Of a stretch of DNA of 52,608 bases, positions 46,047 to 52,608 are shown piece by piece (the stretch's first letter is position 1; every line of letters starts with the position of its first letter). A model generated the notes under the pieces. It had not been told where the DNA came from. It saw nothing but the letters and a program-made list of their open reading frames with translations, and ran no database searches. The stretch is from positions 1 to 52,608 of the IMG/VR virus record IMGVR_UViG_3300027896_000058; one strand, given 5' to 3'. Source of the DNA: a virus (lineage: Duplodnaviria > Caudoviricetes). Made by a program: the position numbers and the translations under genes.

Positions 46047-48013
46047 AACGGTTGCAATCCTCCAGTTGTGTTTGTCTCCCATAAAGCATCAGACTGAAAA
46101 ACACTTACAGGTTCCAGTCCTCCAGTTAAGTTAATATCCCAAGCTCCATTGGTCGTAACTTGAATGCTGATATAGCCGACAGCATTGGTTCTGGTGAATG
46201 CAGAAGTTCCCCCAGATACAACAAGATTGGTAATAATATTGTTCGTGCTCACTGGCTGAAGCGCGGTTGCAACCCCACCACTCACGCTGACCATCCAGTT
46301 TGAAATATTATTTATTGAGCTGGCAAACAATGCCTGAGTTGATGCAGACATCGTAAGTCCATTAGACCAAATAAGAGAGGACACATTTGTAACACTGAAT
46401 CCTCCAAGGCTCAAATCAGACAGCATTGGCAACGTGCCATCAACACGTAAATATCCAAGGTCAGCGGTGGACAACGTAATGTCCATCTGCGAGGGATAGT
46501 TTGTACCCACTCCTACAATGATATTGGTTGTAGCTCCACCGCCGGAAGATGATGCAAGTTTTGACCGTACCGCAAAATACCAAGGTACATTGGTGGAAAT
46601 ATTAGGCAATGGAATTACCCAAGATGAGATGACAGGAACCGCGCCTTTATCCACAAGATTGCTTGCCGCCGCATCGCCCCACTCAATGAATAAATGTGTG
46701 GAAGGCTCGTACCTGTAAACTTCTATCTTTGCGTACTTGGTGTTGTTTCCGCCCGTATTGTCGCAGACATAGTAATTAACTTTAGCACTGCCGCCACCAT
46801 ACACGGTAAACAACTGATTCGTCCAAATTGAACAAGCAAAGTAGCCGCCTATGGGTGCGCCATTTGTTCTAATAGCCTGCACTGGAGGGATGCCGTCACT
46901 GATCACATACGTTGCGTTGGTGGGCGTAATATCATTAGTGTACGAAAGAGTTTTATTGGAGGTAAAATACAGAGTCTTATTCGCGTTGATTACGGAGCGC
47001 AACTGAGCCAGTGTCACGGGCTGGTTGCTGATTGTGGCATCCGGAATGGTCATGGTGTAGAGACCGCCGTTGTTGGTGAAATAAGATGATGGAGCAAGTC
47101 CGCCAAGTTTTCCGGAATCTTTCACTGTTCCATTCGTTGCGTTGTCTACATAGGTAACTGATGCAAGTCCATTCGTGACTGTCTGATTTGTGAATGAGTT
47201 TGGATTGTTGGTTGGATAGAAATAGGTAAGTGTCCAACCCTTCAAAGTGTTCGTTGCTGAGTCCACGTACCCGATGGAAGCAAGACCGTTCGTGATCGCG
47301 GCTGTCACATAGTTCTTGAGAGTTACCCAATTCGTAACAGAAGACCAGAGTGTGTTCGTGGATGAATCAACATATGCCAGGGAAGCGAGTCCATTCGTTA
47401 TCGCAGACGTGACATAGTTCTTTCCGAGGATCCAGTTCGTTACCGTAGACCAGAGAGTATTCGTTGCGCCATCGACGTATAGGAGGCTTGCAAGGCCATT
47501 GGTGACGCTTGAATTAACCAACCCTTGTGTTGATATGGGGTAAAGGAGATTGTTCGTTATACCGTATCCTAAGAGGCTTGTAGGTGTGTTGGTGATGTTG
47601 TTCCAGTTGCGGAAGAAGTTCGTATCCACAACGAAAGCAGGAAAGCCTGTGTTCACGCTCATCACGAATGCGCCGTTGCTGTAGACAAAGCCCCAGAAGT
47701 TCGTGAGCTTGAGAACCGTGTTCGTGGATCCGATCTTGTTCGTGTTCGCTACAAGCCAAGCCCAGGCATTCGATCCAGAGTAATCATTCGTGGGAATCGA
47801 GATCCCCCAATTGTGCGGAGTAATCTTCTGAACGTATCCAGTAGACGAAGGAGCCAAGAGCGTGAGCTGGTAGATCGAGCCGGTAGACGAGGAACTATTC
47901 GAAGAGATGTTGCTGAGAACGTAGGGCTTGTAGTACGGCCAATCATTTCCCTGTGCTTTCGTTTCAGAAAACAATGCCAAGAAAATGATGAGCCGTACCA
48001 TCCATCGGAACAT
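46043..48013 (-). CDS. TN-rich fibre-like protein with signal peptide
   Basis: MFRWMVRLIIFLALFSETKA-QG; ~35-aa internal repeats; YLRVDGT..M and QPVTLAQL fibre-like motifs. Confidence 0.75.
   Translation of the reverse strand: MFRWMVRLIIFLALFSETKAQGNDWPYYKPYVLSNISSNSSSSTGSIYQLTLLAPSSTGYVQKITPHNWGISIPTNDYSGSNAWAWLVANTNKIGSTNTVLKLTNFWGFVYSNGAFVMSVNTGFPAFVVDTNFFRNWNNITNTPTSLLGYGITNNLLYPISTQGLVNSSVTNGLASLLYVDGATNTLWSTVTNWILGKNYVTSAITNGLASLAYVDSSTNTLWSSVTNWVTLKNYVTAAITNGLASIGYVDSATNTLKGWTLTYFYPTNNPNSFTNQTVTNGLASVTYVDNATNGTVKDSGKLGGLAPSSYFTNNGGLYTMTIPDATISNQPVTLAQLRSVINANKTLYFTSNKTLSYTNDITPTNATYVISDGIPPVQAIRTNGAPIGGYFACSIWTNQLFTVYGGGSAKVNYYVCDNTGGNNTKYAKIEVYRYEPSTHLFIEWGDAAASNLVDKGAVPVISSWVIPLPNISTNVPWYFAVRSKLASSSGGGATTNIIVGVGTNYPSQMDITLSTADLGYLRVDGTLPMLSDLSLGGFSVTNVSSLIWSNGLTMSASTQALFASSINNISNWMVSVSGGVATALQPVSTNNIITNLVVSGGTSAFTRTNAVGYISIQVTTNGAWDINLTGGLEPVSVFQSDALWETNTTGGLQPL
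47130..47520 (-). repeat. ~35-aa (105-bp) tandem coding repeat, about 3.5 copies
   Basis: (V/I)TNGLAS..YVD.(A/S)TNTLWS.VTNW...KNYVT repeated. Confidence 0.85.
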
Positions 48014-48507
48014 TACAACTCCTGTATTGCCACCACGTTTGTCTTCGTCGGGTTGGAGACAGCGTTGATCGGCTGCTGGAGCAGGAACGCAGGAACATCA
48101 ATCTCAGTTGCGGCCGCAAGATGAACTCCATTCGAGTACACCGCAATGTCATCACCGAAGGAAAGCCAGATCTCTGCCGCGCCGCCGTTGTAGATCCGGC
48201 ACATCCCGCGTGACGCATGAGGAACGAACAGATATGACAACCCGTTCGTGGAGTAAGTGCCGTTCAAGTGAGTCGGCATATTGGTTGATGTCCCGCCGGC
48301 CACTGTCACCATGTAGATCTTGTTGCTGGCATTCACCATTGCGCCCTGAGCGTATGCAACGTTCGTGGTCCACAACGGAGCAGACTGAAGATAGTTGAAC
48401 CTCGGGGACACGATCTTCTGGCTCGTAGGAGTCACGGAGAACTGTCTTGGTGCATCTGCGAAAGCCGATACTGCGATCATCATTACTGCAAGAAACATTT
48501 TCTTCAT
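48013..48507 (-). CDS. signal-peptide protein with CBM5/12-like motif
   Basis: MKKMFLAVMMIAVSAFA-DAP; WTTNVAYAQGAMV....IY.V..GG.S...P. Confidence 0.7.
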   Translation of the reverse strand: MKKMFLAVMMIAVSAFADAPRQFSVTPTSQKIVSPRFNYLQSAPLWTTNVAYAQGAMVNASNKIYMVTVAGGTSTNMPTHLNGTYSTNGLSYLFVPHASRGMCRIYNGGAAEIWLSFGDDIAVYSNGVHLAAATEIDVPAFLLQQPINAVSNPTKTNVVAIQEL

Positions 48508-48516
48508 TTGATCTCC

Positions 48517-48930
48517 TTACGGTGCGCGATAGATAATAACCCACGTTGATGTTGACGTTCCCATTGAACTGTAAATCATGTTCGTCGTTACCGAATTAGG
48601 AGCCGGTGAAGACAGAACATAAGAATCTCCGATGAACCTGGGCGTCTGATTCGTGGGAACTCCGGTAGAGTTCGTTGTGAAGTACGGAGCAAACATGTTC
48701 GTGATCGCATACGCAACATAGTTCGTGCTGGCCCTTGATGCAAGGTTCGTGGCAAGGACGATGTTGTTATCCATCCAAGTCACCAGATCCGACAGCCGGT
48801 TCGATGTTGAGAGCGTGATGTTGTAGAGCCCGTTTGTCGTGATTGAGATCTGATAATCAGGAACCTTCTGTTCCGCGTGCAGGTTCATTGCAAGGATTAT
48901 CGAGGCAAGGATCAGCGCAAGTTTCTTCAT
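48517..48930 (-). CDS. signal-peptide, TN-rich virion-region protein
   Basis: MKKLALILASIILAMNLHA-EQ; TPRFIGDSYV...W. Confidence 0.7.
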   Translation of the reverse strand: MKKLALILASIILAMNLHAEQKVPDYQISITTNGLYNITLSTSNRLSDLVTWMDNNIVLATNLASRASTNYVAYAITNMFAPYFTTNSTGVPTNQTPRFIGDSYVLSSPAPNSVTTNMIYSSMGTSTSTWVIIYRAP

Positions 48931-48938
48931 GGTTCCCC

Positions 48939-49217
48939 CTATACTGCCTTGACGTAGAACGCGCAGATCTGGGCCTGTGCATTCGGAGCCGAAGTAAAAG
49001 TGATTGTCTGGTTGAGGATCGTGTAATCAATCCCCTGTCTCTGCATGACTCCATTGATGAAGATCACTACAGTTGCGACTGCAATCGGAAGACTGCTTAA
49101 GGTGCAGACGTTTCCCCCTACGAGCAGGAGAGATTCCTGAACATACTGAGTGGAGGGGATGGAGTAGTTGTTGACCGTCGTCGTGGTTGTCGGTGGCTCG
49201 CAGCAGTTCTGACTCAT
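48939..49217 (-). CDS. small beta-rich virion protein, no signal peptide
   Basis: VIFINGVMQRQGIDYTI...TITFTSAP, a common phage structural repeat. Confidence 0.75.
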   Translation of the reverse strand: MSQNCCEPPTTTTTVNNYSIPSTQYVQESLLLVGGNVCTLSSLPIAVATVVIFINGVMQRQGIDYTILNQTITFTSAPNAQAQICAFYVKAV

Positions 49218-49297
49218 GTGTTCTCCCCCTCTTCCTTCCCCTTCGGGCCGGCAGTGCCAAGAATAACACCACCGGCCCAGGGTCAGGGAACGGCAAT

Positions 49298-49801
49298 TTA
49301 CCAGATCGCGATGTAGGACAGATTCGTCTGGACCGCTGCCCAGATGATATTGTTCGAGCTGATCGTCGGAAGTATCAGCGCAACAGTGGTGGCAACATTC
49401 GTTGCTGTGCCTGTGTAGCGCCAGCTTACCGAGATCGGGGAGCTTGTATGAACGCGGGCAAACGTGCCAGTGACAGTCGCGCCGGCAATGGCCGCAACAG
49501 TACCACGTTCAATCGCATAGACCGGATCACTGTTGAACTGAACAGTGTTAGCGACTCCATTGGAGCCCGGACCGATCTGGATCGCGCCGTTCGCAGTTGC
49601 CTGCGAGAGACCGTTGCTCAGACCGTTACCGATTACGATTGCACCAGTAGTCCCATTGGCGATGAACCCATCACCAACAAGCGTACCTTTCCACGTCGGC
49701 GCTGACGGCATCGAGGGATTCGTGCCGAGAGTACCTTCACCTGCGAGCGCGTAGCTTACTGCGAGAACAACCGCGAGAAGACCAACCATGATTTTTTTCA
49801 T
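49298..49801 (-). CDS. signal-peptide protein directly after the MCP (decoration/fibre-like)
   Basis: MKKIMVGLLAVVLAVSYALA-GE; GAIVIG and GAIQIG repeats. Confidence 0.7.
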   Translation of the reverse strand: MKKIMVGLLAVVLAVSYALAGEGTLGTNPSMPSAPTWKGTLVGDGFIANGTTGAIVIGNGLSNGLSQATANGAIQIGPGSNGVANTVQFNSDPVYAIERGTVAAIAGATVTGTFARVHTSSPISVSWRYTGTATNVATTVALILPTISSNNIIWAAVQTNLSYIAIW

Positions 49802-49852
49802 TCGTATTTACCTCTGCTGAATTTCTTTCTGACGTTTGATTGCTTACGATAA

Positions 49853-49886
49853 GGTTCCCTGCCAGGGATCACCCAGCAGGGAACTG
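49853..49886 (-). terminator. hairpin after the capsid gene
   Basis: GTTCCCTGCTGGG-tgat-CCCTGGCAGGGAAC on the minus strand; weak U-tract. Confidence 0.55.
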
Positions 49887-49891
49887 TTTGT

Positions 49892-51448
49892 TCAGACTCT
49901 TGTACCACCGCAAGTTACTGTGGCAGGGCCACCGTATGCAGCGCAACGACCAGTTGCCACTCCGACAGGGAACACGATCTTGTAGATCGGTGCTGCGAAG
50001 TCCTCAGCGATCACGCCCACAACTGCCGTGGACGGGCTCGTTCCGGTCACTGTGACCATCTGGCCCACGTCACAAGGCAAGCAACTTGCCAGTGTGAGAT
50101 AGTACTCTGTCGCGTCTGCCGCAACGTCCGAGGCATTAACCTGGGCGCATGCGCTGACTGCTATCGGGCTGGATCCAGCTGTCCAACAGGTCGGGCATTC
50201 CGTGATCTCAAGCTCGTTGCACCGGCGATGCAGGATGCAGATTGCGTCGTTGGAATGGATCCAAGGTTCAGGCGCGATCCTGAAGCGACTGAAGAAGAAG
50301 CCTTTCTCCCTCAACAGATTGTCGCAACGCTCCTGTATGTTCAGCCAGTGGAATTCACCGAAGTTGTCCGCAGGGTCGAACTTGTAACCGGACGCCAGCG
50401 AGCTGGGGTTCGGGGTGGGTGTCAACGCCTTGTACACATCCTTCAGGAATACCGCGCTGATTTCGAAGGGAGCCGCGATGTAAGCCGGATTGATGTCGAT
50501 CGCATTGCCGATAGTCGTCGGGCTTTCCAGGAACGGCCACACGCGGGTAAGTGCTGTGCCGAGCGCATTCACGACAAGGCGGGGAGCCGCAGGGTCATGG
50601 ATGTGCGAGAAGCCACGGTACGTCAGCGCTGATCCGTATCCCTGAATGAGATACTCTTCCTGCAGGTATCGGTAGTCCTTGCGGATTTCCGTGTCCTTGG
50701 TGATGACTTCATTCGACGTTTCCATCGAGGTGATCAGACCGAAGATAGGTGAACCGGACTTCATCCCGAGGGCAGCGTCAGCGGCCTGACGGGAGAGATA
50801 CGAGTACACGCGGTCAAGGACGCTCTGGGTCAGGCGACCGATGTCACCAATGCCCGCGGCCGGGATCGCCACGGTGGACGAGAACATGCCCATCGTGAAG
50901 GTCTTGAGTCCGAGGTTCGTGGTGTTGCTGGGATCTGCCTGTGCATAGAACTTCTTGCAGAAGTTGAGATACAGTTCGCGCGTGATCTGTTCCCACTCAC
51001 CCAAGGTCACATTGGCAAGAGCCTGATAGATCAGGGCCAACTGCTTTTCGTACTGCCAGTCGAACATGATGTCGGTCAGGCAGATGTCGTTGGTACGACG
51101 GGTTGCCTGATAGATCGTGTAGGACTTCTGCTCGAAACCGTAGTTGATGACTTCGCTCTGATAAGCGCAAGCATCATAACCGGCATCGTCAGATCCGTTG
51201 GTCTTGGGCGCGCGGCTCTGCTGCATCTGCGACCATGAGGCGCCTGCGTCCTGGACGGCGATACCACCGTAGAAGGTTTCATTGTACTTGGTGTAGCCTT
51301 TGCCGTACTCGAAATTGCCACGCTCAATCAGGTCGCGATATACGGCTTTGTACATCTTGGACTTGTTGGCGATGATCGGGTTGATGTCAGGGACTGCGGC
51401 GATAAATGCGTTGTTGATTTGTTCGACATTACAAGGTGTGGATTCCAT
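49892..51448 (-). CDS. major capsid protein with Cys-rich C-terminal extension
   Basis: 518 aa after the scaffold; GGAGG RBS, own promoter and downstream hairpin; strongly biased codon usage. Confidence 0.8.
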   Translation of the reverse strand: MESTPCNVEQINNAFIAAVPDINPIIANKSKMYKAVYRDLIERGNFEYGKGYTKYNETFYGGIAVQDAGASWSQMQQSRAPKTNGSDDAGYDACAYQSEVINYGFEQKSYTIYQATRRTNDICLTDIMFDWQYEKQLALIYQALANVTLGEWEQITRELYLNFCKKFYAQADPSNTTNLGLKTFTMGMFSSTVAIPAAGIGDIGRLTQSVLDRVYSYLSRQAADAALGMKSGSPIFGLITSMETSNEVITKDTEIRKDYRYLQEEYLIQGYGSALTYRGFSHIHDPAAPRLVVNALGTALTRVWPFLESPTTIGNAIDINPAYIAAPFEISAVFLKDVYKALTPTPNPSSLASGYKFDPADNFGEFHWLNIQERCDNLLREKGFFFSRFRIAPEPWIHSNDAICILHRRCNELEITECPTCWTAGSSPIAVSACAQVNASDVAADATEYYLTLASCLPCDVGQMVTVTGTSPSTAVVGVIAEDFAAPIYKIVFPVGVATGRCAAYGGPATVTCGGTRV

Positions 51449-51580
51449 TTGCGTATTCCTCCAAAAGCGTTTTGTAAACTCTTACCCCGGTGTGCGATTC
51501 CGTTTACGCTCTGCTTTGAAGCTTAACGCAACTTCATGCGAACTTGCATTTGCCGGTAACGACGGCCTTCGATTGCTGGA

Positions 51581-51625
51581 TATTATCAAGCAAAAGCCGT
51601 GAGGATGTCAATACCCTCACGGCCT
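51581..51625 (-). promoter_or_regulatory. terminator-like hairpin overlapping the capsid promoter
   Basis: GCCGTGAGG-gtaTTGACAt-CCTCACGGC-TTTT, then GATAAT 18 nt after TTGACA. Confidence 0.6.
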
Positions 51626-51652
51626 TGCATTCACGATCATCAATAAAAAGCC

Positions 51653-52608
51653 TTATGACCTGCCGAAGAATCTTTCCTTGTTTGCCTTCGCCGCGTCCAT
51701 CGGAGTAGCCTTTTCGATAGCCTTCTGCCCTACTGGATCAGGAGATCCTGATCCTCTTGAGTCCACGCCGGGCCTTACCCCGCCAAGGATCTCAAGCTGG
51801 CGCTGAAGGTCATTGGCCCTTGCCGTTGCCTTGAGCATCATCGAATAATAGACAGGAGCAATGATTCCCTGATGCAGAAGCTTGGTCTGCTGTTTGGGAT
51901 CATTGACCTCAAGCGTTTCCCTCATCTGCTGTTTGAGTGAGGATACTGCCCTGTTCCATGCTTCATTGCCAGGAACCTGCTTCAAGATCGGATGGCCTTC
52001 ATCCTCAAGATCTCTTACCACGCTTGAATGCAGGGCTTCTTTGATAGCACGAACCTTTACCTCTGTCTCTGTTACCTGTTCGGTCTGAAGTCTGGACATG
52101 GTATTCTTCCAGTCATCCAACTCTGCGCCCTGTTCCTGCCGGATCTGGTCATGCTGTATGAGCAAAGGCTCAAGCATGTACTGTGTCTCAGGAGCCTTGG
52201 ACATAAGCAGATCATGTCTTTGCTTCGGGGAAAGCCTTGTCAGCTCACCGAGAAGCGCATCATCTGCACCGAAGTCCTTGAGGATCCGCTTCGCTTCGTT
52301 CTCCACCTTGCCAAGCTTTGCCTGATACTTCTTCGCAAACCGAGGATCATCCATGAGGTTATAGCGGGCAAGCTTGTCCTGTGTCTGCTGAAGCTCCTGC
52401 TTGAGCGTCTGGATCTCTTCCTTCGACTGCGAGAACTCAGGCTTGAGTGTCTTACCATCTTCCGCGAAGTACCTTGCCTTCATCTCTACCAGCTCTGCAC
52501 TGGTGGCCTCCAGCTTCGTTCTGAGCTTCGCAAAGTTCAGATCCTTGTCCGAGGTAGGCTGGGCAGTTCCAGGGGCAGGTAGAGGATCTGGGGTGGCTTG
52601 CTGAGGCT
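51653..52608 (-). CDS. 3' part of putative capsid scaffolding protein
   Basis: Frame is open from the window end (PQQATPDPLPAPG...NFAKLRTKLE) into the 276-aa coiled-coil ORF; immediately upstream of the MCP. Confidence 0.75.
   Translation of the reverse strand, partial: PQQATPDPLPAPGTAQPTSDKDLNFAKLRTKLEATSAELVEMKARYFAEDGKTLKPEFSQSKEEIQTLKQELQQTQDKLARYNLMDDPRFAKKYQAKLGKVENEAKRILKDFGADDALLGELTRLSPKQRHDLLMSKAPETQYMLEPLLIQHDQIRQEQGAELDDWKNTMSRLQTEQVTETEVKVRAIKEALHSSVVRDLEDEGHPILKQVPGNEAWNRAVSSLKQQMRETLEVNDPKQQTKLLHQGIIAPVYYSMMLKATARANDLQRQLEILGGVRPGVDSRGSGSPDPVGQKAIEKATPMDAAKANKERFFGRS

Noticed and set aside
47130-47520. Possible CRISPR array or DGR repeat
   Set aside because: In-frame coding repeats differing largely at synonymous sites; no spacers, no reverse transcriptase, no adenine-specific variation.
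1-52608. Alternative genetic code, tRNAs or prophage att sites
   Set aside because: Genes tile densely under the standard code with all three stops used; no cloverleaf, integrase or host genes were seen.

Overview
The window is a nearly complete ~52.6-kb genome of a tailed dsDNA phage with podovirus-like organisation; no tape measure or sheath gene was recognised. It is opened inside the scaffold gene. The minus strand carries packaging, head, tail, ejection and lysis-region genes: TerL, portal, scaffold, major capsid, tail adaptor and nozzle, three probable ejection proteins and a terminal HAD/ATP-grasp plus zincin pair. The plus strand (8.0-23.1 kb) carries early and DNA-metabolism genes: ParB-like, Cas4-like exonuclease, ERF recombinase, DnaB helicase, a TSCPD domain, nucleases and many small ORFs. 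No integrase, DNA or RNA polymerase, primase, tRNA or CRISPR array was recognised. The most unusual signal lies downstream of the capsid gene. Five of six consecutive structural or fibre genes there begin with Sec-type signal peptides, and those five are enriched in Thr-Asn dipeptides while their signal-less neighbours are not. This suggests virion parts that are exported and possibly host-glycosylated. Also notable are an HNH gene that duplicates its neighbour's N-terminus with recoded codons, two structured non-coding regions, and a shared acidic-xx-Phe C-terminal tail on seven proteins. All calls come from motif recognition by eye; no searches were run.
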